Source: a virus. From it: 64,000 bases of DNA. Below, piece after piece: positions 46,440 through 55,992 of this stretch. The stretch spans positions 7,929 through 71,928 of IMG/VR virus record IMGVR_UViG_3300006810_000035; one strand, 5' to 3'. The notes beneath the pieces were generated by a model. It had not been told where the DNA came from. It made no database searches and was given only the letters and a program-made list of their open reading frames with translations. Every line of letters begins with the position of its first letter. The first letter of the stretch is position 1. A program made the translations under genes and the position numbers.

Positions 46440-47315
46440 TTAATATTCTAATGCTTCAGCAAACTTAATTGTCTGCTTTTCTTTTTTTCCAAAGTCCCCA
46501 AATAATAAATCTGTATCTGATTTATCTCTCTTGTTAGAAAAATAATGAGTAGTCATATTATGTAACCCAAATCCATTTTCTCCTAACTCTGAACTTTCTT
46601 CAGACCAAGATCCTAATAATCCTTCTATTATATTGGTTTTTCTAGAACTCATTTCTTCATTCTCTTTACCATAATGCACATCTTTAACTTCTTCCGGAGT
46701 AACTTTTGTCCAACCACTTAATAAGTCATATACATTATCTATATTTACTGGAATGTCAGCTAATCTTTCTAATCTACGTAAATGAGCTTCTTGATTAATA
46801 GAAAACATTTCTAATGCTACTTTAAACTCATCTAGCATTTCATCTAATTTATAAGAATGGTTTACACTAAAATGAACATCTGTAGATGTAAACATATTAC
46901 TACATCTATATAATGTACCATTACCACCTATTGATAGTTTTGTAGAACCATCTCTAGAATCAAATAATATAATATGGTTAGCAAATTCATGTCCTAATAA
47001 ATTAAATTTCTTATCTGTTTGTTTAAATGCAGATAGCACTTTTCTACCACCTTTATGTGTTGCATAATGGGCTAATTCTAATCCTAATGTATCTCCTATC
47101 TTTTCAGTAAGAGCCATAAATTCGTGATTATTAAATAACCTATATTTAGGAGACATATATGATAGTACCTCTTCAGTTTTATTGTTTACTAAAGCTACTT
47201 TTTTATAATCTTTATTATACCAACCCAATGAACCTGTTAGATCAGGAGATTGTATATAAATATCTCTTTTTTCTACTTCATAATCTAAAGTACTTGTATA
47301 TTCACTTTTACTCAT
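46440..47315 (-). CDS. DUF932/LGT-family protein
   Basis: L...S..Y....N, GGRKV, SRDGS, R(C)SN, H and G.HN..THY motifs. Confidence 0.7.
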   Translation of the reverse strand: MSKSEYTSTLDYEVEKRDIYIQSPDLTGSLGWYNKDYKKVALVNNKTEEVLSYMSPKYRLFNNHEFMALTEKIGDTLGLELAHYATHKGGRKVLSAFKQTDKKFNLLGHEFANHIILFDSRDGSTKLSIGGNGTLYRCSNMFTSTDVHFSVNHSYKLDEMLDEFKVALEMFSINQEAHLRRLERLADIPVNIDNVYDLLSGWTKVTPEEVKDVHYGKENEEMSSRKTNIIEGLLGSWSEESSELGENGFGLHNMTTHYFSNKRDKSDTDLLFGDFGKKEKQTIKFAEALEY

Positions 47316-47327
47316 ATTAATTTTATT

Positions 47328-47594
47328 TTAAATTTCTATTTCATCTATTTCATTTATATATAATTCAGTAAATTGATCATCAACCTCTTTTATTTCATTA
47401 TATATTTTATGAATAGCATCTCTAGCAGAAGGGTGACAATTTAATATTAATCTTTTTGCTGCTTCTACTGCCATTTCTAGATTATATCTTATTGTTGATT
47501 TACTCCAATTAAATACTTCTTCACCAAAGCATTCTACGAGTTCATCAGTTAATTCTTTATTATATATCATATTTTTATTTATTATTAAATCCAA
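47328..47594 (-). CDS. Hypothetical protein
   Basis: 88-aa ORF overlapping the PrimPol gene end. Confidence 0.55.
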   Translation of the reverse strand: MDLIINKNMIYNKELTDELVECFGEEVFNWSKSTIRYNLEMAVEAAKRLILNCHPSARDAIHKIYNEIKEVDDQFTELYINEIDEIEI

Positions 47595-48021
47595 ATAATT
47601 TTTCTAGCCATTTATTTAAATTATCAGAACTATTATTAATATCTTTTATCATGTCTCTAACATCTGATTTAGGATACCAAACAACATAACCTTTATGTGT
47701 TCTAAGGTCTATACCTAAATTACTAGACTTATTAGCTAATACATCATTACCACTATATTTAATCCAATAATGCATACCATTATTTTTAGTTGTATAGTGT
47801 AATGTTTGAGATAATTCATATTTTAAATTATCAGGTATATTGTCAAAACCATCTATATCACCATGTCTATCAACATCTATAATTACATACCCTTCTGAGG
47901 GGGTAACAGCTAAAGAAAATCCTTCAGGTGTTTCCCCTTCAAAAAATGTATTATCTGGAAGCATTCCCCATTTAATAATAGGTTTTTTACCTCTTACTAA
48001 GAATGACTTCAAAATATCCAC
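47575..48021 (-). CDS. Stand-alone bifunctional primase-polymerase N-terminal (Prim-Pol) domain
   Basis: KKP..KW, IIDVDRH, T.NNGMHYW and GIDLR...GYVV motifs. Confidence 0.8.
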   Translation of the reverse strand: MDILKSFLVRGKKPIIKWGMLPDNTFFEGETPEGFSLAVTPSEGYVIIDVDRHGDIDGFDNIPDNLKYELSQTLHYTTKNNGMHYWIKYSGNDVLANKSSNLGIDLRTHKGYVVWYPKSDVRDMIKDINNSSDNLNKWLEKLFGFNNK

Positions 48022-48269
48022 CTCCCTTTAGCATCAGGTGTAGTCCAATATTTTTCATAATTGTTATCTTTTGCATATTCAAAGACTCTTTGTAGTTCCT
48101 CATATCCATCATTTGTCATTATAGGCATTTCATTATATAAATCATCAAATAATTCAAGCCCTATATGTAATGCATAACCAGATATTACAGTACAATTAGA
48201 ATTTAATCCGCTACCTTCACTAGAGAAGCCTAATCTATTATCATCTATAAATTTTTGTATTTTATTCAT
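48009..48269 (-). CDS. Hypothetical protein (possible primase C-terminal helical partner)
   Basis: 86 aa, overlapping the PrimPol start; F..G.LNS.....GYA...E..RVF.Y. Confidence 0.5.
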   Translation of the reverse strand: MNKIQKFIDDNRLGFSSEGSGLNSNCTVISGYALHIGLELFDDLYNEMPIMTNDGYEELQRVFEYAKDNNYEKYWTTPDAKGRWIF

Positions 48270-48276
48270 ATCTATT

Positions 48277-48471
48277 TTATTTTATATTATTATAAGGATT
48301 TTCTGCTATCCAATCTTGTATTACTTTCTTCATTTCTGTTTCATCTAGGTTTAATTCAGCAAAATCATCTCTGCTACCAATTCTCGCCCATATTTCAGAT
48401 ACACTTCCTACTAATCCACCTGTGGTAGGATCTTGTAGGGATTTTAATAATTCATCTATACTTAGTGCCAT
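48277..48471 (-). CDS. Hypothetical protein
   Basis: 64-aa ORF. Confidence 0.55.
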   Translation of the reverse strand: MALSIDELLKSLQDPTTGGLVGSVSEIWARIGSRDDFAELNLDETEMKKVIQDWIAENPYNNIK

Positions 48472-48472
48472 A

Positions 48473-49228
48473 TTATATTTCTTTAATTTTAATTTTTAAT
48501 AATTCTATTTCTTCATCTGTGATACTATGATCTTTCAACCATACTTCACATATCTGTCTAACAATCTTAGTATTATCTTTTTTAATTTTTAAATTCTCTG
48601 TATAGTTATTAGAATTAAATATATTATCAAACTCTTGTATCCTATCAATTAACTCCATGTATTTCAAAATAACTGAATCAGTATCATAACCTCTTCTATA
48701 ATATTTAAAACATCTTTCTAATTGTCTAAGAACTCTACTTATCTCCCACACTTCATTGCTGTAAAATGCTGTATTCCATCTATTCCAGGTAGCTATTTTA
48801 GTACCTGGATTTTCTGATAGATCTAATATTTTACCACTTGCTATATCGTAACCTCTAGCAACTATATCTAAATCAAAACTTGATAATACTGAGAATATAT
48901 CTTTACCTTTCTTCTTTAATATTATGTTTACCGGAACACATGTGTTGTAAGTAAACTTAATTGTTATTAATCCAAATTTATAAAAATCACTATCCTGTAA
49001 TCTAAACTTATCAGCCTTCCATTTTTCTAATGGGTCTAATATAGTAAACATAGGATCATGATGCATAGCATAAAATATCTCTGTAAAAGATTTTTCATTG
49101 TATAAAAATACATCTAAATCTTGATTTTCATCTGGAAAATAATCTAATAAATAAGAACCCGTTATACATCCTTTAATATCTTTCTGGGACTTAACCCATT
49201 CCATTGCATTATCTAAATTCTCTTTCAT
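48473..49228 (-). CDS. Pol-beta superfamily nucleotidyltransferase
   Basis: ITGS...QDLDVF; SFDLD...; R..KY..RGY. Confidence 0.7.
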   Translation of the reverse strand: MKENLDNAMEWVKSQKDIKGCITGSYLLDYFPDENQDLDVFLYNEKSFTEIFYAMHHDPMFTILDPLEKWKADKFRLQDSDFYKFGLITIKFTYNTCVPVNIILKKKGKDIFSVLSSFDLDIVARGYDIASGKILDLSENPGTKIATWNRWNTAFYSNEVWEISRVLRQLERCFKYYRRGYDTDSVILKYMELIDRIQEFDNIFNSNNYTENLKIKKDNTKIVRQICEVWLKDHSITDEEIELLKIKIKEI

Positions 49229-49240
49229 ATAGTTATAATT

Positions 49241-49269
49241 AAAAAAGGGGAAGAAAAATCCTCCCCTTT
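49241..49269 (-). terminator. Intrinsic terminator
   Basis: AAAGGGGA...TCCCCTTT stem, with the U-run on the - strand. Confidence 0.6.
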
Positions 49270-49279
49270 AAATTTGTTA

Positions 49280-49771
49280 TTAATCTAAATTATCAATCAT
49301 TGAGCTAACTGCTGCAACAACTTCTTTCATTGTGTAAATTTTATTCAATTTACTAATTTTAGGATTGAAGAATAAACCAAATGTTTCAAATTCATTGATA
49401 ATAGAAAACTGTTGTAAGAATTTATTAATTTTCTCTGTATTATCTTTTTCTGTTTCAAAGTTTAAGAAAGCTAATGCTTCTTCTTTTAAAGCTTCTGTTG
49501 TTGGACGCTTAACTTTTTTAGGTCCTTTTACAAATTCAATTGTTTCTTTTTCAGATAATTGTTTCATTACTTGAGCTTTTAACTCATTAATATCATCTGC
49601 TTTTTTACCTTTAAAGTCTTTACCTTTTGCTAAATTTGCTAATGTTACAACATACTCAGCATGTTTTTGAGCTACTTCAAACTCTACATTAGAAACTGGA
49701 CTACCATCTTTAGAAGTTATATAACCTCCATTTTCTAATGTTACTTCACCTTTTTTTAAAAATGTACTCAT
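49280..49771 (-). CDS. Hypothetical protein (MoxR-VWA cluster)
   Basis: 163-aa ORF immediately followed by a terminator. Confidence 0.6.
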   Translation of the reverse strand: MSTFLKKGEVTLENGGYITSKDGSPVSNVEFEVAQKHAEYVVTLANLAKGKDFKGKKADDINELKAQVMKQLSEKETIEFVKGPKKVKRPTTEALKEEALAFLNFETEKDNTEKINKFLQQFSIINEFETFGLFFNPKISKLNKIYTMKEVVAAVSSMIDNLD

Positions 49772-49805
49772 AAATTTTTATTTATTTATTTAATTAATTA
49801 ATTAC

Positions 49806-50842
49806 TTATTTTAAATATTTCACCCAATCTTTTATATGTTCAGTATTATCAGGTGTAAACCATCTTGCATAGCCTGCAGTTCTTATAATACATCCTTTAT
49901 GTGATGTTGAATCAGTATGAAAAGATATTAAATTTTCTACTTTCCATTGACATAATTCTTTACCATCTTCATTAGAAATAGATCTTGTTTTTCTATTAAA
50001 CTTATTCCCCCAAGCTCTTCCTGGTTCATCATTATCTCCAAATACTATTGCAGTATTATAATGCCTTGTATCAGCAGTTAATAATCTTTTAAAATATACT
50101 TGATCATTGTCCATACCATTTTCATTATAAATAGTATTAACATCTAAATTATTTATATCTTCATATGAATATAAAGTAGATTTTGAACCAGTAATCATTA
50201 AGTCAGCATAAAATGTTTCTGCTAAATTCTTAGCTAATGTTAAACATGTTGATGATACTGCTCTAGGTATACTTCCTGATATATCTATTATTATAAGATT
50301 TTTAGCAGGTGGTTTTAAATCAATCCCTCCATACATACCTTCTAATTTCTTATTATACATATTCTCATTATATACAGCAAAATTATGTATGTTAGTGTGA
50401 ACTGCCTCTTCTATTTCAGATAACCATATGGGAAATATATTTAAATTTTTCAATGATTCTATATCTACATATGCAGAAGCATCTTTAACATATTCATCAA
50501 ATGAACCCCCATCAGTAGATATAGATGCACAATCTTCTATTTTAAAATCATCACTTATAGTTCCTTCTGTACTCCATTCTATATATGCTGGATTACCTCC
50601 AAATGATATATCAGATATGTCAAATCCATTTTCTCTTAATATAGCTTTAAAATCAAAAGGATATCCACTATCTATAGCTGCTTTATATAATACTTCATAT
50701 TCTAGCAGTCTAATCATGTTATTCTTTATCTTATTATCACCAAATATAAAGGTATCCCTATGGGTATCTCTTTAATTTTTTCCCTATCTGTAATAAAATA
50801 CACTGTAGGTATTGTTAATCTTTTACTTTTTAATAATTCCAT
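49806..50842 (-). CDS. VWA-domain protein (MIDAS), apparently frameshifted near its 5' end
   Basis: IIIDISGS MIDAS and VFGD. Upstream ATG 50842 (MELLKSK...PIGIP) joins the 303-aa ORF if one base is added at about 50748-50750, giving about 345 aa. Confidence 0.65.
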
Positions 50843-51653
50843 TGTTTTTTATTTTATATTTTATTAATGATAACCAAGTAGTCATTTCTCCAGGAGCTAG
50901 ATATACACCTTTTACACCTTCTCTAGTTTTTGTTTTTCTAACAGGTTCTATTAATGTTATTTTTTCATCTAGTATATTAGTAATTGGTTCTTCTAATATA
51001 GTTAAAAGCTCTCTTTCATATGGTGTGGGAACATCTTTAATTATCATATTTACAGCTTTATATACACTTCTAGGTGTATAAAAATTATTAGACGTATATG
51101 ATTCATTATCTATAAGATTACTTAATTTTCTACCAATACCTTTAGTAATACCTATTTTATCTATCATAAAATCAATCCACATCTTTCTGTCAAATTTTAC
51201 ATCATACCAAACAAATCTTTCTTTAATTTGAGGAGTTAATGGAACCATTCCTTGTGGGTTAGCAGCTGCAATAATCATAATATCAGGCATTGGTTTACCA
51301 GAAATAAAACGTCTTTGTTCTAATATAGTTAAACAAGCATTAAGAACTACAGGATTACCATTAAGTAATTCATCAAAGAATAATATATCTCCATCTTGTA
51401 AATCTTCTAATTTATCAAAATTATAATATGTCATCTTTTTACTATCCTTATCAGGCATAGCTATACCACTTATTTCAAATGGTGACATTTGAGATGTTAT
51501 TAATTCAACTAATTTCACTCCTTGTTCTTTAGCAAATTCTTCTATCATTACAGTTTTACCTAATCCTGGATTTCCTATAAATAAAGGAACAATACTTTTT
51601 CTTAATTCTGAATCATGATATACTTTTGTTAATACTTCTTTTATATTTTTCAT
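50823..51653 (-). CDS. MoxR-type AAA+ ATPase
   Basis: GNPGLGKT, ILFFDE, IIAAANP, ERF and TPRS. Confidence 0.85.
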   Translation of the reverse strand: MKNIKEVLTKVYHDSELRKSIVPLFIGNPGLGKTVMIEEFAKEQGVKLVELITSQMSPFEISGIAMPDKDSKKMTYYNFDKLEDLQDGDILFFDELLNGNPVVLNACLTILEQRRFISGKPMPDIMIIAAANPQGMVPLTPQIKERFVWYDVKFDRKMWIDFMIDKIGITKGIGRKLSNLIDNESYTSNNFYTPRSVYKAVNMIIKDVPTPYERELLTILEEPITNILDEKITLIEPVRKTKTREGVKGVYLAPGEMTTWLSLIKYKIKNNGIIKK

Positions 51654-51661
51654 AGCTTATT

Positions 51662-52111
51662 TTACATGTTGATTTTAATTGATTTTAATTTTTTAATATA
51701 ATTTGGATCCATAGCATAGGGTAATTCTTTAAGAAACTTATAATAATCTCCACCTTTGTATTTATATTGAACAGAATTTTCATATCCTTTTACAGATTCA
51801 GTCCAATGTTCAAATTCAAAGTATTTACCTGTCCTAGGATTTGTTAATCCGAATAAATTATTTCTCTCTCTAAAACTATAAGATGTTCCCCATCCTGTTT
51901 CTAAGATAAATTGTTTTATTACTATATCTCTGTATTGTACATTATAGTGTTTTAAAACATAATCTAAATTTTCTAAAGAAAAAGATAATGTATCTATAAT
52001 TATTTCTGATGATGCCTTTTCTATTACTGCTCCATCTACTTCATATTTTAAACTTTCACTAGGACCTAAAAATGGTAAAGTGAATAATAATATTATTATT
52101 AAATATTTCAT
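51662..52111 (-). CDS. Secreted glucosaminidase (GH73-like)
   Basis: Signal peptide; QFILETGW, NNLFG and YA.DPNY. Confidence 0.8.
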   Translation of the reverse strand: MKYLIIILLFTLPFLGPSESLKYEVDGAVIEKASSEIIIDTLSFSLENLDYVLKHYNVQYRDIVIKQFILETGWGTSYSFRERNNLFGLTNPRTGKYFEFEHWTESVKGYENSVQYKYKGGDYYKFLKELPYAMDPNYIKKLKSIKINM

Positions 52112-52122
52112 AAATTGTTTTT

Positions 52123-52701
52123 TTAATTAATACTTTTTAAATATTCTTCAATTGTTTTTACTTCAAACTTTAACTTGCTATCTCCTTTTTTAATACCTTT
52201 TTTAACATTATCTCTTTTAAATATCTCTTCTTCTATTACTTTTTTAGGAGTAAATGTTTTAGCAAATAACTTTTCTGGTACTACTTTATTTGTATATATA
52301 TTATACTTTTGATACATCCATTTTTGTTTAAGTGGAAATGTATATTGGGTACTATTAGTTCTTCCTGCAAACATGCCTTTAACATCTACATAACATTTTA
52401 AATCATTTGTTGATATAAATATAGGATTATTAGCTGCTATATTAAAAAATCCATCTGTAGGACTATTGGCTAGTATAATAAAATCTGGTGTATATGTACA
52501 AGGTTTAAGAAGTGATTTAGTTATAGCTTGTTTTTTAACTTTAGTTTTTAATTGAGTATATTTCATATGAGTATATTTAATATCTTCTGATAATTTAAAA
52601 GTTTCCTCTTCGTAAGTATAACTATCTATTATATCATATTTTTTAAGTTCGTCTAAATAATATGAGAAATATAACTCTTCTTTATTTTTGTATTTATTCA
52701 T
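52123..52701 (-). CDS. PD-(D/E)XK nuclease
   Basis: YTPDF...YVDVKG...FPLKQK. Confidence 0.75.
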   Translation of the reverse strand: MNKYKNKEELYFSYYLDELKKYDIIDSYTYEEETFKLSEDIKYTHMKYTQLKTKVKKQAITKSLLKPCTYTPDFIILANSPTDGFFNIAANNPIFISTNDLKCYVDVKGMFAGRTNSTQYTFPLKQKWMYQKYNIYTNKVVPEKLFAKTFTPKKVIEEEIFKRDNVKKGIKKGDSKLKFEVKTIEEYLKSIN

Positions 52702-52906
52702 TTAAAATTCTTTTTAGTTCATCTAATTCACTTTCAAATTCTATTAATCCTAATTTAAATTTTCTACCATTATGTAATAAGATTGTTCCATCACTTTCTA
52801 AGTTTTTTACAGTTTTATATATATCACTAAATTCTATTTTTAATTCATCACAAACTGCCTTTCTAAACATATGTCCAGCAATTCCATTTAATTTATATGC
52901 ATTCAT
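52694..52906 (-). CDS. Hypothetical protein
   Basis: 70-aa ORF. Confidence 0.5.
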   Translation of the reverse strand: MNAYKLNGIAGHMFRKAVCDELKIEFSDIYKTVKNLESDGTILLHNGRKFKLGLIEFESELDELKRILNE

Positions 52907-52941
52907 AGTGTTTTATTTATTAATTTTTATGTAAAGATAAT

Positions 52942-53220
52942 TTAATTAAGAATTTTAATTAATTCTTCTAATTGTCTTCTGTTTTCTTCTATATCATTTT
53001 TATCTTCTTTAGAAGACTGTTCGTTATGTAATACGAATCTATCAATAGCATAATTATGAGATGCCTTTATTTCTTTAAGTGTACAAAAATTATTAACCAA
53101 GATAATTTTATCTATTGTATATATACTACCTTCTTTTATAGAAGATCCTTTATTAGCACTTATACATTTAACCTTATCTCCTACTTTAAATATACCTTCA
53201 TTTAACCCATCTTCTTTCAT
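52942..53220 (-). CDS. SH3-like hypothetical protein
   Basis: FKVGDKVKCI...G.IYTI...RF. Confidence 0.55.
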   Translation of the reverse strand: MKEDGLNEGIFKVGDKVKCISANKGSSIKEGSIYTIDKIILVNNFCTLKEIKASHNYAIDRFVLHNEQSSKEDKNDIEENRRQLEELIKILN

Positions 53221-54197
53221 AATAATTCTTTTATTAATTGTTTTGTCTTATCATCTCCAAACTCTTTATAATAATCTGTTATATCCTTTGGTAATCCAAT
53301 TGGTATTATTGCAGATTCTAAATTATAAATCTCTTCATAATCTTTAGCTGCCTCTATACCAGGATCATCATTATCAAAAAATACAATTATTTTATTAAAC
53401 CTAGATTTTAATTCATCCATCATTTCCATAGGAATCAATGAATTTTCAGATTGAGGTGCTACAGCAATATGTCCATATTTCCATAATAGACCACAATCTT
53501 TTAATGACTTTGTTATTATTAATAATTCTCCTGTTTTAGGAAGTTGGTGATAACCTTGCAAATGATCCTTACAATTGTTAACCCATTTAAATTCACTATA
53601 AGGTGATAATATTTTATATACTCCTTTATCTATAATATAAGCATATGAAGGTGATTCAGGCTTTATATTAAAACATTTACCATTAATCCATAAGTGAGAT
53701 ATAGCTACTATATTACAATGCTTTAGAACAGCTTTATTAAAGCCATACATACTCCAATATTTTTTATCTATACCATTATTCCATTTTCTTCTTTTTATGC
53801 GTATTATAGTATCTTTATTTGGGATTTCTTTTTTAATAGGATTTGGTATACCTATATATCCCATTGTTGATTTGGTTACAACATTTTGAGCAAAACCTAA
53901 ATTAAAATCATTGGATATGATACGTAATGCATCATAATAACTAACATTAAATTTAGCTTTTACAAAGTTGACTGCTGTATAACTTTCTTTTGTGCCTCCG
54001 AAGTCTTTAAAAAATAATTTATTATTCCAAGATTGTATTGAACAACTTGGTCTACTGTCATTTCTAAAAGGACTACTAAATAAAGTATTTAACTCTATGA
54101 AATCTGGAATGTAATATCTAAAAACATCATATTCACTAACCTTTTTAAAAATATTTTCTTCGGATAATTCTAAAAATCCTGCTCCATTAAATTCCAT
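53217..54197 (-). CDS. dnaG: DNA primase (DnaG-type TOPRIM, crAss-like)
   Basis: SPFR.D.RPS, FKDFG, IITKSLKD, FFDND.PG and KDITD. Confidence 0.88.
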   Translation of the reverse strand: MEFNGAGFLELSEENIFKKVSEYDVFRYYIPDFIELNTLFSSPFRNDSRPSCSIQSWNNKLFFKDFGGTKESYTAVNFVKAKFNVSYYDALRIISNDFNLGFAQNVVTKSTMGYIGIPNPIKKEIPNKDTIIRIKRRKWNNGIDKKYWSMYGFNKAVLKHCNIVAISHLWINGKCFNIKPESPSYAYIIDKGVYKILSPYSEFKWVNNCKDHLQGYHQLPKTGELLIITKSLKDCGLLWKYGHIAVAPQSENSLIPMEMMDELKSRFNKIIVFFDNDDPGIEAAKDYEEIYNLESAIIPIGLPKDITDYYKEFGDDKTKQLIKELL

Positions 54198-54205
54198 ATT
54201 TATTA

Positions 54206-54562
54206 CTATTTATTTTCGTTATACCATTTAATAAATTCTACTACTGCTTTGTATGTTACTTCTTTAGGGTCACTACCTTTCATAGTTATTGTTCTTAGAT
54301 TTGGTCTTGTTATTTGACACCATACAAATACATTGAAATCTATTTCTATAGAAAACTTTTTATTATCTATTTTTCCAATCTTTTCTACTACTGGCATTAA
54401 CCAATCCCAAGATGTGTGGTATGGTAATAAATTTGCTTCTGCAACTTCTACATCGCCAATAGGCGTGTTTTCGTAATACCCCTTACCCAATCTACTTGGA
54501 TATATACCACGTTTCAACTCCATAAAACTTGCTATTAACTTATTGTTTTCTGTTGTGTTCAT
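54206..54562 (-). CDS. Phage hypothetical protein
   Basis: NKLIA.FM...YHTSWDWLMPVVEKI...YKAVVEFIKWYN motif family of Bacteroidota phages. Confidence 0.65.
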   Translation of the reverse strand: MNTTENNKLIASFMELKRGIYPSRLGKGYYENTPIGDVEVAEANLLPYHTSWDWLMPVVEKIGKIDNKKFSIEIDFNVFVWCQITRPNLRTITMKGSDPKEVTYKAVVEFIKWYNENK

Positions 54563-54686
54563 AATGTTCTAATTTAATTTTATCAATTTTAAAACCCATA
54601 ACTATTATTCCAACAACAAGAGCTAACACTATTATCGTTAGAGATAGTACCCAAGCAAATAAATATACTTCGTTTAAATATTCCAT
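54540..54686 (-). CDS. Small single-TM membrane protein (48 aa)
   Basis: MEYLNEVYLFAWVLSLTIIVLALVVGIIVMGFKIDKIKLEHYEHNRKQ*. Confidence 0.5.
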   Translation of the reverse strand: MEYLNEVYLFAWVLSLTIIVLALVVGIIVMGFKIDKIKLEHYEHNRKQ

Positions 54687-54725
54687 AATCAATCATTTTT
54701 TATTGTTTTCTATTGTGTTCATAAT
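54540..54725. repeat. 26-bp direct repeat (54540-54565, 54700-54725) duplicating a gene start
   Basis: ttattgttttct(g/a)ttgtgttcataat; 25/26 identical. Confidence 0.8.
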
Positions 54726-54736
54726 ATTTTTAATTT

Positions 54737-54766
54737 AAAAAGGGAGAGTATAAAAATACTCCCCCT
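54737..54766 (-). terminator. Intrinsic terminator after the SSB gene
   Basis: GGGAGAGTAT-aaaa-ATACTCCCCC preceded by an A-run (U-tail on the - strand). Confidence 0.65.
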
Positions 54767-54800
54767 CTATTAATAACTAAACTAACTCAATAAATAGTTA

Positions 54801-55445
54801 TTACCAACCATCTCCATCATCAGTATCTGCACTGGCATCTGCAGACGTATCATCAGAAGATGTGTCATCAGCTACCTCTAACCTTTTAATGTGTTTATCT
54901 TCATTAAAATATAACTTAGTATCCTCATCATTAGGAACTGCAGTTAAACTTTCAACAAAACCAAAGCTATTTAGTTGTGGTCTTACGATAGTTAATTCTT
55001 TACCACCCTCAGGTGTAAAAGTATCTTCTTCACCACCAAATACCCATCTAGCTTTCTTTCCTTTGAATAATTTTGCTACTTGATTAACAAAATCTTCTGC
55101 ACTACTACCTTTAATAGCTGCAAATTCAGAACTTAATCCTAATTTATCAGCCATAATAGTTAATCTTGCTTTAGTACACCAGTTTGCACCTTCAATGTTC
55201 CAAGCACCTTCAGACATCCACATTGTAGTGTTTGCTTTCTGCCCCATTGGATCCTCATTTTCATCAACTAAACCTTCTACAGGTGCAGTCATATGTGTGA
55301 ACCTAATATAAGGTGTTTTCTTTGCTGAAGTTTCACCATAAACTACATCTGTAATTTTAGCTACTTGTATACCAGGTGTAATTGATTTTTTAGGTCTTCT
55401 TACTTCTTCCTTTACTTCAAATCCATCTCCATTAAAATCTGTCAT
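54801..55445 (-). CDS. Single-stranded DNA-binding protein (crAss-like)
   Basis: Acidic C-terminal tail ending DDGDGW; adjacent to a Sak4-like ATPase. Confidence 0.65.
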   Translation of the reverse strand: MTDFNGDGFEVKEEVRRPKKSITPGIQVAKITDVVYGETSAKKTPYIRFTHMTAPVEGLVDENEDPMGQKANTTMWMSEGAWNIEGANWCTKARLTIMADKLGLSSEFAAIKGSSAEDFVNQVAKLFKGKKARWVFGGEEDTFTPEGGKELTIVRPQLNSFGFVESLTAVPNDEDTKLYFNEDKHIKRLEVADDTSSDDTSADASADTDDGDGW

Positions 55446-55488
55446 TCTTTTTGTTTTTTAATTATTATTTAATTTATTTAATTTATTT

Positions 55489-55797
55489 TTACTTGTTTGG
55501 AAATAATTCTTCCATTAATTCCTTTGCTTGATCTAACTTTCTTTCATTTATAGCTTTATCATCTATTGCTTCTAAAATTTTTTCCATATTAAATGGATGT
55601 TCACTTTTAGCATTTATAATAGTAAGTTCATTTTCAGCAATTTGACCTTCTAAGTCTATAATTTCTCCAGCTAAATCATTCTTTGCTGATCTAACTTTAA
55701 ATGGTAGTTTAACAGCATCAACTACTTCCTTCCCTGCTTTAAGAAAATCACTATATGTTTTACATATTACATTTTCTTTTTTTTCTTCTTCACTCAT
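55489..55797 (-). CDS. Coiled-coil hypothetical protein
   Basis: 102-aa ORF ending EELF. Confidence 0.6.
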   Translation of the reverse strand: MSEEEKKENVICKTYSDFLKAGKEVVDAVKLPFKVRSAKNDLAGEIIDLEGQIAENELTIINAKSEHPFNMEKILEAIDDKAINERKLDQAKELMEELFPNK

Positions 55798-55813
55798 TTT
55801 TAATTTATTTAAT

Positions 55814-55990
55814 TTATTTAATTAATAATAATTTTTGTTTTCTCCTCTTTTTAGAATCTACTCCTTTACCTAGCAATCCAAAACCCAGCCCTCGGAGTGG
55901 GTACACCACACTGCCGATCTCTACGTTATAATAGGAAGGATATGTAGGAGGAGTATAATATTTACTTCTTAAATCCCAATAATCAGCCAT
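55814..55990 (-). CDS. Small hypothetical protein
   Basis: Likely start MADYWD; ends KLLLIK. Confidence 0.4.
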   Translation of the reverse strand: MADYWDLRSKYYTPPTYPSYYNVEIGSVVYPLRGLGFGLLGKGVDSKKRRKQKLLLIK

Positions 55991-55992
55991 AA

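Noticed and set aside
55881-55920. GC-rich ACCCA...TGGGT hairpin
   Set aside because: The stem is short and lies within a small ORF; it can be explained by coding sequence.
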